Shown here one piece after another: positions 52,227-63,162 of a stretch of DNA of 64,000 bases (position 1 is its first letter; each line of letters starts with the position of its first letter). The notes below the pieces were generated by a model, which was not told where the DNA came from, did not search any database, and saw nothing but the letters and a program-made list of their open reading frames with translations. The translations under genes and the position numbers were made by a program. Origin of the DNA: Ignavibacteriota bacterium (GTDB taxonomy: Bacteria > Bacteroidota > Ignavibacteria > UBA10030 > CAVZMI01); NCBI GenBank assembly GCA_963776275.1, contig CAVZMI010000006.1, forward strand, positions 32,001-96,000, written 5' to 3'.

Positions 52227-53015
52227 TTATGGTAATTCAATTTTTTGAATATTTTTTAATTCTTTGTCAAGGATCCATAGATTTTTCCCATCCATGGTAA
52301 TTCCCGAAGGCTCTTTTCCCGGAGTTTTGCATAACAATTTGTTCGAAAGGCTCATTTTTTTGGCATCATCAGAAATTGTCATCTTGTTTACGCTTCCCCG
52401 GAAAATCCCATTATTATATGCAAGGATGTATAAAGTCTTTCCGTCGGTGGCAAGTCCTCTCGGCAAGCACTCGGCAAACACCCACATGATGAGTTTACCT
52501 GTCGCGGCATCCATTTTTAAAATCTTGCTTGACCAGCCGGCGCTGAGTGCGACCCATAAAAAATTCCCCTTGCAGGCGATTGCACCGATTGTAGTATGCT
52601 CTTTATCGCCATCGATTGGTACCTCGAAAGATTTCAGTACCGCTCCCGATCCGGGATTTACCTGAATTACCTTTTTCCCGGTATTATCCGCAACCCACAT
52701 TGCCTTGCCATCCGCAGCTAATCCGGCCGGAGATTTGACAGCCAGCTGAACCGTTGCGGTAAGCTTTCCACTCTTAGCGTCATATTTCTTGATTGTAGCA
52801 GTTATTGAATCCACAACGACCAGCTGCCCTTCTTGCATCACCAAACCAATAGGCTTGATGTTTTTAACCTCTACGGAGGATAACACTTTAGGTTCGGGCA
52901 GTTGCGATTTGCTCTCGCCCCTTGTTCTCTGTTCAGAGAGGCAGGGTACACTGAGCAATAACAGGCCGCACACGATGAGTACAGCCAGCGTCTTACAACT
53001 GATACGGTTGTCCAT
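52227..53015 (-). CDS. Exported beta-propeller protein (NHL/glutaminyl-cyclase-like repeats)
   Basis: Signal peptide; repeated P.GLA.DG..LW.D units. Confidence 0.75.
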   Translation of the reverse strand: MDNRISCKTLAVLIVCGLLLLSVPCLSEQRTRGESKSQLPEPKVLSSVEVKNIKPIGLVMQEGQLVVVDSITATIKKYDAKSGKLTATVQLAVKSPAGLAADGKAMWVADNTGKKVIQVNPGSGAVLKSFEVPIDGDKEHTTIGAIACKGNFLWVALSAGWSSKILKMDAATGKLIMWVFAECLPRGLATDGKTLYILAYNNGIFRGSVNKMTISDDAKKMSLSNKLLCKTPGKEPSGITMDGKNLWILDKELKNIQKIELP

Positions 53016-53053
53016 GTTTTTGTCCGTTTCTAGTTTTAAGTATATTATGTGAA

Positions 53054-54964
53054 TTAAAAATAGACTGTGAATTGTCCCACGTTCTGATTTCCAATTTTTT
53101 GAATAACGACAATTGAACAGTTCTTCTTGATTAATTCTCGCGAAGGAATTTTTATCCTCAAACGACAATTTGTGGATCGGGCAGACGGGATCTGGATATT
53201 TTTAATTTCAGCCCTCTTGTCGATTTGTACCCGATATACTTTGTCGAATAAAAGCGTCCGCCGGAGTTTCATCTCCACAAGCGTATTTTTAGGCAGCAGA
53301 GGTGCTTCAAAAACTAAATTATACACTTCTGGTTTGCTTGAAAAACCTCGCATTACAAAGGGAATATCAAACCAGGTATCCGGTAACACGTCTTCAAATG
53401 TCACATTTCTATAAGCAATATTATTGCTGTTGCTGACAAATTTCATGTAATCCGACGCCGAATCGATCATTGATGTATCCGGTATGGGATCAATTGTATT
53501 GCCGCAGATTGCTATGATACAAAAATGACCCGCGGTGCCTGGATCAGGTACATGCGGCCATACTACAGCGTCGGTGACCTTAAAACCTCCGGCAGGAATA
53601 TCTATGACATCAATCTCGTCGATAAATTGCCACAGCGCCGGAGAACACGATGTAGTGAGTGGTGCAAAATAGACGCGAACCTTGGCACTAGTCTGCATCC
53701 CGCCATGATTATGAACCCGTACATAGATATAGTTGTCGTTCCCGATTTCAACTCTGTCCGACCCCGGATCGATTGTGATATCGCCAAATGCTGCGGCAGG
53801 ATCAGGAACAGCTGTTTTCCTGGTGATTATATCCGGACTCATACAAAGAATACCTTCCGAAGGTTCTTTACCGGTATCGCCCAGGTTATCGCGTATGAAT
53901 AATTCAGGTTCTGAAGCACACAGACAAAGCTCGGTCAACGCTGAGTCGATATCGTCCATGATATTAAGCATCTCGGAAGACGCCGGTTGAAATGCTGCTC
54001 CCCATTCAATACCGTATCCGAAAAGTTTTCTTTTGGATGTGTTAGAAAAATGCCGGCTAAAAAAGTAACAGGCTGAGCTTCCGGAATCGACGCCGACTTC
54101 ATTAAATATTTGTCCGACACTGTATGACATGCCTCTCACGGCAAATACGGCATTGTGCATTCTATCGGCTATACTGACAATCCTGTCTTGATCGACCTTG
54201 AAAACAAATTCACCGTACGCATCGCCTGATAAACCTCGCTGGCCGTTATAGACCGAATTCATAAAATTTTGCTCAACCGTATTTTCCTGGTTTTCATCAT
54301 CGCCCCACGTGTACATAATTTTCTGACCATATGAATGCAGGTCAACGGCGTATACGATATTAGGATAATTATCGAGCAACCATTTCACGTTCAGGGATTC
54401 GGCTTCGGAAAAAGCAGTCGGTCCGTGATAATTCGAGGATGCCGGAGCATATAAGTAGGAAAAATCCAGTGCCGCGTTGAAATATGTAGTGGCGTCCCAC
54501 AGAATGTCGTAGTTCCTGTTGATATCTATCCCGATATCGGCGCCGACAGGCCTGCGATTCTTACGCCAGTCATGCCCGCTTTGCGTATAGACTTTTCCAT
54601 CGGGGTTGACATTTGGAAATATGAAAACATCTATGTTTTCAATGATTCGTACTATTTCAGCGGATGTGAAGCTTTTTCCCTGAAACGTTGTACCGGTACC
54701 GGCATTATATGCAGCGATCATCTTTTCCGCTAATGCCACAAGGATATCCGAGCTTCCCCATTCTCTGGCATGAGTGCCACCCAGCAATAACACGCCTTTA
54801 CGACTTACGGCGGCACCTCCTGCAATTTTCAATGTATAACTTGTGCGGCCTTCGAATGAGAGGTTGGGTAATGTAACAAGAGTACACAACCCGGGATTAT
54901 CGGCTGCAAACTGTTGTAGTGCAGTGTTAATTTCGTCGGTATTAAGATAAGGAGTGAATGGCAT
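53054..54964 (-). CDS. M14 zinc carboxypeptidase with C-terminal Ig-like domain
   Basis: GTHAREW, NPDG, WRKNRR, GIDINRNY, FSEAE, DLHSYG, GIEW. Confidence 0.9.
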   Translation of the reverse strand: MPFTPYLNTDEINTALQQFAADNPGLCTLVTLPNLSFEGRTSYTLKIAGGAAVSRKGVLLLGGTHAREWGSSDILVALAEKMIAAYNAGTGTTFQGKSFTSAEIVRIIENIDVFIFPNVNPDGKVYTQSGHDWRKNRRPVGADIGIDINRNYDILWDATTYFNAALDFSYLYAPASSNYHGPTAFSEAESLNVKWLLDNYPNIVYAVDLHSYGQKIMYTWGDDENQENTVEQNFMNSVYNGQRGLSGDAYGEFVFKVDQDRIVSIADRMHNAVFAVRGMSYSVGQIFNEVGVDSGSSACYFFSRHFSNTSKRKLFGYGIEWGAAFQPASSEMLNIMDDIDSALTELCLCASEPELFIRDNLGDTGKEPSEGILCMSPDIITRKTAVPDPAAAFGDITIDPGSDRVEIGNDNYIYVRVHNHGGMQTSAKVRVYFAPLTTSCSPALWQFIDEIDVIDIPAGGFKVTDAVVWPHVPDPGTAGHFCIIAICGNTIDPIPDTSMIDSASDYMKFVSNSNNIAYRNVTFEDVLPDTWFDIPFVMRGFSSKPEVYNLVFEAPLLPKNTLVEMKLRRTLLFDKVYRVQIDKRAEIKNIQIPSARSTNCRLRIKIPSRELIKKNCSIVVIQKIGNQNVGQFTVYF

Positions 54965-54979
54965 ATCGGTAAACCGTTA

Positions 54980-55249
54980 TTATTTTTTAAATCTGTTTGT
55001 TTTCGAAACACTTTTACACGCTTCCGCAAGCATCTCATCGACATTTCCGAGAATCTGAAAATAATAGGCATTCCTTAATTCTTTCAGAAGACTTGCAGGA
55101 ATGTAGGCATCGATGATAATATTCTTATCGTCGATTTTCCGTAAACTCGAAGTAAACAATTCAATGGAGGTGTTCTTTTGAAGAGCCTGGATGTCAACCC
55201 TACTTTTCAAATGAAACCTTACATGATATTTGATTTCCGTTTTTCCCAT
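54980..55249 (-). CDS. Small hypothetical protein, possibly a stand-alone carboxypeptidase propeptide
   Basis: 89-aa alpha/beta ORF ending 15 nt before the M14 gene, which starts directly at its catalytic domain. Confidence 0.55.
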   Translation of the reverse strand: MGKTEIKYHVRFHLKSRVDIQALQKNTSIELFTSSLRKIDDKNIIIDAYIPASLLKELRNAYYFQILGNVDEMLAEACKSVSKTNRFKK

Positions 55250-55425
55250 AAGACGTAACTATGATTTGTTGAAATTATCAGTGCATTTATCTTTAGAGTA
55301 CCCAATAAACCTTTAGCGCCTACCTGCGTATCGGGAAATATTTTACAGATGAGTATCGCCGGTATCAGTGGTAAGGTTATGAACAATAAATACAGCAAAA
55401 ACGAGTATAAAATTTGTTAGTTCAT
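55250..55425 (-). pseudogene. Relic of a small membrane-protein gene
   Basis: GGAGG RBS, ATG AAC TAA, then in-frame QILYSFLLYLLFITLPLIPAILICKIFPDTQVGAKGLLGTLKINA. Confidence 0.5.
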
Positions 55426-55699
55426 TTCGCCTCCGTCTATTTGTCACATTAAAAATTCGGATGGTTACAAAAAAATTGCGTTTTCGCCTATTTCATTATA
55501 AAACAGAAAAAACAATCGAAATCACCTTTTAATGCAGGATTTTCTACTTTATGGGGGACAGCGAGCAGGCCTGCTATTTTTGTTTTTTGGGTCCTACCAT
55601 TTTCAGTGGCGCTGGCGGAGAATGCCATCAATAGAATAAAAAAAGAGCGACCAGAATATCCAATCGCTCTTCTTCAAGACCTCTTCCCTTTTTAATTTT

Positions 55700-55756
55700 T
55701 ACCCCTCGACTCATTCACTCCGTTCGCTCGCTCGGGGCAAGCCCCTCGACTCACTT
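55700..55756. repeat. CCCCTCGACTC...GCTCGGGGCAAG palindromic repeat
   Basis: Two CCCCTCGACTCA copies; same family as the CTTGCCCTGAG..TCGAAGGG element near 26360. Confidence 0.55.
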
Positions 55757-55808
55757 GTTTTAAAGTGCGGGATCGTTGGGATCCTTACATACATCGCATC
55801 CTAAAAAG

Positions 55809-58634
55809 CTATTTTTGTTCTTTCGGATATAGCACTACCCTGATATAATTTTTCATATTGAAATATTTCTTTACCGCATCCCGAATTTCCTGTCCGGAAA
55901 GATGTTCCACAAGATGAGAATAATCGAGTATTAACTCCGGGTTTTCTTGATTTGTATAATAGAATACCAGGTTTGCCAACCAAAAATTATTCTCCTTTAA
56001 ATTGATTTCGTATGTCCGTCTCTCCGTCTCTTTGACCTTAGTAATATATATCGAATCCGGTAATGCTAGTTTTAAGCTGTCAATCTGCAGCATTGCTACT
56101 TTTATTAAATCTTCAACATTGTCCGGGTTGCAACCCCACGAAAGTGTGAGGGTGTAATCTGGTACCGGAACATGCGAAGGCGATCCATAGATACTAACGC
56201 CGTATGTGCCGCCTTTATCTTCACGAAGTACTTCGCGCAGTTTTATGTTTAATACCATCTTCATCGCGTTGAAATCGTATCGGTTTTGACGCGACCATTC
56301 GAACGGACCTGTAAAGGTGAGATTGACTCTGCTCTTCGGCTCAATTCCTTTGAGTACTTTCTTGCCGATGACCCCTTTCGGCGGTCTAATGCCGACATCC
56401 TTCCACAATTCGTTTCGATGTAACGAAGGAAGCGAAGCAAGATACTGTTCAACATAAGGTTTAAGAGTATCCGGCTTAAAGCTCCCAACAAAGAAAAATG
56501 TAAAACCGCTGAAATCGGCAAAACGATTCTTATATACAGCCAGCGCCCTATCGAGATTCACCTCCTCCAATAATTTCAAGTTAAATGGACGACTGCGAAA
56601 ATGGTAATTTGTCAGCGTTACCATTAGCGTATCTCCGAAAGCACGTTCCGGACTTGCACCTTGATCCTGTAATGTTGCTCTCCATCGATCCATGAGCGAT
56701 GCATATGCTGCCGTGTCCCTCCGTACAGACGTGGCATACAAGTACAAGAGTTGAAAAAAGGTTTCAATGTCCTGGACACTTGTGCTGCCGCTAAATGCCT
56801 GATATGATTCCGTGAGTTGTGGTGAAACGTTCACTATTTTCCCGGCAAGTTTTTTCTGAAGTGTGGATAAATCAAAATTACCAAGACCCGATACCTGAAT
56901 TATAGCAATGGCAGAGATGGCAGATACATAATCTTGATCGGACACCAGCGATGACCCACCGTTACTTTGTGCTGAAAAGACGATCTCATCGTTCTTAAAA
57001 TCTGTCGGCTTTAGCACAACACGCGCGCCATTGGAGAGTTTCCATTCTGTCACACCGATTGATTCGATTTTCTTTTCCTCAACAACCTTTCCGGGAATCG
57101 GCAGCCGGGCAATCAACGGCTCGGTACTAATTTTGTCGATGTATGGATCGATCTTTTGCGTTTTGGATGCTTCAATTAGTGCGAGTAGTTCTTCTTTCGA
57201 AGGTATTTTGAGGTTTTCCTTTTGGGGAGCAGAGACCGTAACAACACAGTTCTTTGAAGTTATTCGCTCATCCGTTAGCTTATTGATTTCTTCGAGAGTT
57301 ATACCCGGCAGATATTGTTTATACAATTCCAGTTCGACTTCGATACCGGGAATAGTCTCATTATTAAGAAAATTGCGGAGGTATTCTTCAACGAGAGGCC
57401 GTGAATCATTTTTATCCCTCTCTCTATAATATTGTTCCATCCCCCTTAAAGATGAACTTTTTTCTCTTTCAAGTTCCGAAGGCGTAAACCCGTATTGTCG
57501 TACCCGTGCGGCCTCAGTCAAAAGTGTCTCGAGTCCGATAAGGATGGCAGTATCCTTAACCGTGGCACCGAGAAAATAAGCGTCTTTTTGTCCACATAAT
57601 CTGGATTTGCCGCCAAAGGGAAACACGAATGGAGGATTCGGTTTTTGAAGAAGTTCCTGAAGACGCCGGTTAAACATGCCGTCATAGAGTCGATTTATAA
57701 TCTCGTTGCGATAGTCGGCGGCAGTCAGTACATCATGAGAATCATGTTTAAAAAATAATCGCACCATTGAATACGTCAACTCCGGATCCGTCGCAATCGA
57801 GAACAATGTTTCATCATGGTCGGGAATCGGATAAGCGAGGCGAACGCGTTCGTGGTGAGGATTTGTAAGTTTTGAGAAATGTTCTTTTATAAGTTTTTCA
57901 ATCTCATTTTTATCGAAGTCGCCGACAGCGAGAACCGCCATCAAGTCGGGACGATACCAGTCGTAATAGAATCTGCGTATGACATCATGCGGTGCCGATT
58001 CAATTATTTCTTTTTTCCCGATTGGAATCCGATCGGCATAATGCGAACGATATAAAATCGTAGGTAGCTGTTTATGGCTGACCCGTTCGTCTGCTCCTCT
58101 GCCAAGGCGCCATTCTTCCACAATCACAGGCCGCTCTTTATCGATCTCTGCATCATCGAATGCAATCGCATCAGCCCATTCTTCCAGTATTTGAAATCCT
58201 TTTTTCATAACTGCAGGTGAGTCTGTCGGCACCTGAAGCATGTACACCGTTTCATCGAATGAAGTGTAGGCGTTTATTTCCGGACCACATCGCACTCCGG
58301 ATTTTTCCAGGAAGTTGATAAGTTCCAGTTTCGGGAAACTCTTTGTCCCGTTAAAAGCCATATGTTCGACAAAATGCGCCAGGCCTTGTTGGTCATTATC
58401 TTCGAGGATCGATCCTGCTTTCACGGCAAGTCGAAGTTCTGCGCGTTTCTCCGGCTTTCTGTTTTCGCGAATGTAGTAAGTGAGTCCGTTGTCAAGTTTT
58501 CCTATGACGATCTTCGGATCGGGTGTGAGGACCTGGTCGGGTTTAAATAAGTCTTGCGACTGCGTGTGTAAAAAGCAGGGAAAAAGCAAGACCGATGAAA
58601 AAACAGTCACTCGAAACAGGTTTTTCATTTGCAT
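55809..58634 (-). CDS. M16 zinc peptidase (PqqL-like), exported
   Basis: GLAHFVEHMAFNGT (HxxEH), NAYTSFDETVY, WYRPD, LREVLRE.KGGTY. Confidence 0.93.
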   Translation of the reverse strand: MQMKNLFRVTVFSSVLLFPCFLHTQSQDLFKPDQVLTPDPKIVIGKLDNGLTYYIRENRKPEKRAELRLAVKAGSILEDNDQQGLAHFVEHMAFNGTKSFPKLELINFLEKSGVRCGPEINAYTSFDETVYMLQVPTDSPAVMKKGFQILEEWADAIAFDDAEIDKERPVIVEEWRLGRGADERVSHKQLPTILYRSHYADRIPIGKKEIIESAPHDVIRRFYYDWYRPDLMAVLAVGDFDKNEIEKLIKEHFSKLTNPHHERVRLAYPIPDHDETLFSIATDPELTYSMVRLFFKHDSHDVLTAADYRNEIINRLYDGMFNRRLQELLQKPNPPFVFPFGGKSRLCGQKDAYFLGATVKDTAILIGLETLLTEAARVRQYGFTPSELEREKSSSLRGMEQYYRERDKNDSRPLVEEYLRNFLNNETIPGIEVELELYKQYLPGITLEEINKLTDERITSKNCVVTVSAPQKENLKIPSKEELLALIEASKTQKIDPYIDKISTEPLIARLPIPGKVVEEKKIESIGVTEWKLSNGARVVLKPTDFKNDEIVFSAQSNGGSSLVSDQDYVSAISAIAIIQVSGLGNFDLSTLQKKLAGKIVNVSPQLTESYQAFSGSTSVQDIETFFQLLYLYATSVRRDTAAYASLMDRWRATLQDQGASPERAFGDTLMVTLTNYHFRSRPFNLKLLEEVNLDRALAVYKNRFADFSGFTFFFVGSFKPDTLKPYVEQYLASLPSLHRNELWKDVGIRPPKGVIGKKVLKGIEPKSRVNLTFTGPFEWSRQNRYDFNAMKMVLNIKLREVLREDKGGTYGVSIYGSPSHVPVPDYTLTLSWGCNPDNVEDLIKVAMLQIDSLKLALPDSIYITKVKETERRTYEINLKENNFWLANLVFYYTNQENPELILDYSHLVEHLSGQEIRDAVKKYFNMKNYIRVVLYPKEQK

Positions 58635-58663
58635 AAAACATCTCCTTAATTAAGACTGGTATC

Positions 58664-59956
58664 TCATGATATCTTTTTGAAGTTGGGTATTTCTCTTTTT
58701 TGGCGTTTGCGTATTCTATAATCCCGCACAAATTCCATGAACATCTCGATATCCTGATTCCAATCTCTCGCTTTCCCGTCGAAATACAGAACCTTTATCG
58801 GGATTTTGTCGTGATCTCTACTTATTGCCGGATAGATAGCTTCAGCCACTATCGCGTTCATGCAGGTAAAAGGACTTATATCTATAATGCCGTCCACTCC
58901 TTTTTCATATAGGTACACCGCCCTTCCCGTGTTGATTACCATTTCGCCGATCGCTGCATACGAGGGTAGATATGGAAGAGATCTTTTGAAGATTTCGTTC
59001 ATTTCCGAAGGCTCTTCATAGCCCCGAAAATCTTCCCTAAATGGCCCCATAAGAGCGTGCTCGTCCATGCGTTGGATGAATCGGCGCACTTCAAATGCTG
59101 CCCGCGCCAAAGAAAAGGATCGACCGCTTAAACGGAGATTTTGCAGAACCTCATCAATCGTGTACTCAAGCCACTCGCCTATCCCCGAAAGCCATACTTC
59201 TCCTCCATAGTGTTCAACATAACGAATAATCTCATCATTCGATCCTTCGTCAAGTCTGCAATAGATTTCTCCTATCCCTCCGATAAGAGGTTTGCTCCCC
59301 GGTGCATAAACAGCAATATTGCGAAAAACGTCACGAACTTTTTTAAGTGCTTCGATGAGTCCATGCATGTAACTCCTGTGAGTTACGTCGAAACGAGCAA
59401 GGGCTCTTGAAATCCGATCAAGAGCATAGGCATAGATTTCATCTGTTTCTCCACGAGTGCATTCATACGGCCGGGTTTTCAACAGAAGCTTGCGGAGTAT
59501 ATCACCGACAACTATTGCACGCCATGCAGTTCGGACAAACTCTGTTTCGTCTATTCCGAACACACTGTACCCATCGCTTGTTGATGGTGAAAGAATCATG
59601 ATGTCGCCGTAACCCATTTTATTAAAAACCTTCCTGAAGAAGGGGGAATACTGTCCAAAGCGACATGGTTCATGAGTCGTGGGCATGAAAAACGCCGTTC
59701 TGGACGGATCGAATCCGGGTCGGTTCATGACCTTTAACATGCCGCCAAGTGTGATCCGCTGCGGTAGGCATTCATCGCCTGAAGTAAATTCACCCACCAT
59801 TCTCAGCGTATCCGGCGTGTTTTCAGGGAGTTCTGCGGCATCTATGTGGAAGGATCGAAACGCGGCTGCGAATATCCGTGCGGATCCGGAATGCATACGC
59901 GGGATGTACACTACCCGGTCTTTTAGCGGCCGGGTTGGAATCGATACATCGGTCAT
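58664..59956 (-). CDS. 2-hydroxyacyl-CoA dehydratase-like partner of the CoA activase
   Basis: SGDECLP, (G>E)PCRFGQY, GEIYCR, GE, PFTCM motifs. Confidence 0.8.
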   Translation of the reverse strand: MTDVSIPTRPLKDRVVYIPRMHSGSARIFAAAFRSFHIDAAELPENTPDTLRMVGEFTSGDECLPQRITLGGMLKVMNRPGFDPSRTAFFMPTTHEPCRFGQYSPFFRKVFNKMGYGDIMILSPSTSDGYSVFGIDETEFVRTAWRAIVVGDILRKLLLKTRPYECTRGETDEIYAYALDRISRALARFDVTHRSYMHGLIEALKKVRDVFRNIAVYAPGSKPLIGGIGEIYCRLDEGSNDEIIRYVEHYGGEVWLSGIGEWLEYTIDEVLQNLRLSGRSFSLARAAFEVRRFIQRMDEHALMGPFREDFRGYEEPSEMNEIFKRSLPYLPSYAAIGEMVINTGRAVYLYEKGVDGIIDISPFTCMNAIVAEAIYPAISRDHDKIPIKVLYFDGKARDWNQDIEMFMEFVRDYRIRKRQKREIPNFKKIS

Positions 59957-62900
59957 GAAAGAAATCCTTTTGAATGCAAATATGCTTCACAACGGGTGAC
60001 TATTCCAGCATCATTACTGTGTCCATCAAATTGGAGCGAGAGAAATGGTTTTCCAGATGCCTCCTCCACGTAATGCTTAGTATATGAATCCGGCCCGCAT
60101 TTGAAATTCGTGATGAAGATGATGTGAGCATCAGGCAACTGTTTGACCGCAAGCGCCGCCTGAAGAATCTGCTTACCGCATTGCCAATACATATTCTCGT
60201 TTACAGTGTGTATATGAAATTGATCAAGATCGAAAAAGTCGTACGGTATGACATTTATCCCGTAGTAATCGCGCAATTTTCCTGCAAGATTAAGGTTCAC
60301 TGTGGAATCATAGACATTGTATACACGACCAACAAGAACTATAGCAGCTTCGCCGTTTTCGCGAAGCGAATTCAACACTTCAGCACCTTTAGACCGGAGG
60401 ATCGATTCAAACCGATGCTGGGCCTCAAATGCACATTCCGTCGCATGATTACTTTCCATACCCGATACACCGAGAGGCCGGCTGAAAAAAGCGAGTTCCT
60501 TTTTTACTCTTTCCATTCCATAACTGAAATGAATCGTCGGTATAAGAAATCGTTCCCGCATTGATTCAAAGGCCGGCTGACAACGTGAAACGAACGGAAG
60601 CGTTATGGTCCAGGGACATGCGTATGGTACCATCGATGATCCGTTCCTTTCATAATCGATGACGTTCGGCACCATCACATACTCCACATTTTTACTAAAA
60701 AGATTCAGAATGTGTCCATTCGCAAGCTTGATAGGAAAACAGGGCTCGACCACCGTCGCCTCGACTCCTGCATCCACAACTTCACGATTCGATGGGTCGG
60801 AAATAACAACGTTAAAACCAAGCTCGGTGAAGTATGTATTGAAGAACGGAAACCGGCTGTAAAATATCAGGGAACGCGGGATGCCAATCCGCGGCTTTGA
60901 AGGGTTGCCATTTTGAATATAATTCTCAAGCAAGATTTTTTCACGGAAATCCGGAAGATTCGGGATACTGGCTTTTCGGACCAATTTTGTATTCTTGCGG
61001 AATTTGTCCGAACATTTGTCCCCCCAGTGAGTCTTCTCTTTTCCAATTTTCACCTGCTGGATCTCACAGAAATTTGAACATGCTTTGCATGTGAATTGAT
61101 GTGTGGAGTAACCTGTGAGATCCAGCCGAAAGTTCTGAAAAGAAGCCATACCATGTGCAACAGTCTGAGACTTTTTATCCGACTTCACTTTATCACGGGC
61201 AAGTATAGCTACTCCGATGGCCCCAAGGACACCATTGTGTGGCGGAACGATAATACGCTTCTTCAAAAGCATGGCGAATGCAGAAGCGACTGCGTCGTTG
61301 TACGCTGTTCCTCCCTGGAAGTAAATCACATCTCCGATCTTCCGGCCGCGAACAACACGATTGAGGTAATTTAGTGCGATCGAATACGCCAGTCCTGCAA
61401 TAATATCTTCCTTGTTGACGCTGTTGTGGATGTGTAAATTGATATCGCTTTCAATAAAAACCGTGCACCGTTCGCCAAATTGAACCGGTGCGGTCGATCG
61501 AAATGCCAGAGCAGAAAATTCTTTTACGATATTGATGCCGAGACGTTCTGCCTGTTCCTCGAGAAACGAACCCGTACCGGCTGCACACGCCTCGTTCATC
61601 GTAAAATCCACAACCACACCATCTTTGATGTTGATAAACTTTGAATCCTGCCCACCGATTTCGAAAATGGTATCGACCTTCTCCCCCTGCAAACGCTCAC
61701 TGATATAGAGTGCTCCGGTTTTGTGAGCGGAGATTTCGTCGTTGACGGCATCGGCGCCGACAAGTGCTCCGATCAATTCCCGCCCGGACCCGTCGTTCCC
61801 ACCGCACGTACTCGAATACGTGAGCCAAACTCAATCTCAATGTCCCGCAATCCTTTATTGACGACTTCGATCGGTCTTCCTTCGGTCCGAACGTAAATTT
61901 CTTTGATGAGATTGTCGTCGTCATCGATCAGGGCGAGGTTCGTGCTTACCGATCCTATATCGATTCCAAGGTAAACATCGATGGGCAAAGTTTTACCTTC
62001 AAAGGTATAGGGAACGACACGATCGCGAAGGAACAGGACATTCCCGGTCGAGAGAGGAGGAAGACGGCCATCACTTGTTCCATATGCCATATTTATTGAA
62101 CGCGGGCAATATCGCCCGGCAGTGGTTTGCGTCTTTATAGCGTTATTGGTAGCAGCAGTTGTTTGTCTCTGTCGTTCGATCAATGCGCACCCGATTGCAC
62201 CCATAGCCGAAGGGAATTGTGGAATGATGAGCCATTCGTTCTTCAATTGGAAGATATGTATGAGAGCTGCGACGATCCCTTTGTTCAATGCAAGGCCACC
62301 CGCGAAGAGCACCTTTACCGGGATTTCCTTCCCCTTGCAGACGGTGCTTTTAAAGTTGCGCACAACAGCTTCACATAGACCGCGAAGAATTGCCGGAGGA
62401 GTATAGCCCTTTTGCTGGGCATGTATCATATCGGTCTTGGCAAAGACTGAACACCTGCCTGCAATCAATGCCGCCTTCTCGGCCTTAAGCACTGCATCGC
62501 CAACTTCGTCAAGCGAGTACTTCAATCTTCCTGCCTGTTGCTCGATAAAGGCACCTGTCCCCGCGGCACAATCTCCGTTCTTCTCATAATCGACAATACG
62601 AACAACGTGATGATTACTTACATCGATTTTTATATATCTTGCCGTCTCACCGCCGAGCTCGAGAACCGTCCGCACATCGGGGTAGAGTAAACCGGCCGCC
62701 TGTGCAAGTGCCTTATAGTTATTCTCAAAGGTAATATTAGAGATAGCATCGAGGTTATTTCCACCGCTTCCTGTTGCACACATGCCGGTGATCTCGAGAT
62801 AGTCAAACACTTTACGAAATTCATCGAGAAGTGCACGCACAGTTTCAACAGGCTCGCCCCGTGTTGGTACGTCTTTCGAAAGTAAGAATGGCATTCCTAT

Positions 62901-63029
62901 GTCTGCAGCGAAGAAAAAATCAGACGTTCTGCGGGAGAGGAGATCGGCGGTCAATGGACTGTCCATAGTCCCGCAGACTGCAAGCTTGACTGCCGCCGAA
63001 CCGACATCAATGCCGACACATACTTTCAC
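59953..63029 (-). CDS. Acyl-CoA dehydratase activase (two BadF/BcrAD ATPase domains plus DUF2229), apparent frameshift near 61790
   Basis: GIDVGS, ELGGE, CAAGTGAFIEQQA, RCSVF; second domain GIDIGSVST, TG(SGRE), EIGGQDSK, CAAGTGSFLEEQA; C..CSNFC, PCFPIK, FKCGPDS. Start placed at GTG 63029. Confidence 0.9.
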
Positions 63030-63162
63030 AATTATCCCCGAAAAAAATCTGAAAATGTCAAGCCCCGAGCTAATACTATATGATAAAACATACAATTTGG
63101 GAGTCTATTATGCAATGTTTTTCTTTAAGACTGTGACTTCCCAGACTTTTCTATGCTAAATT

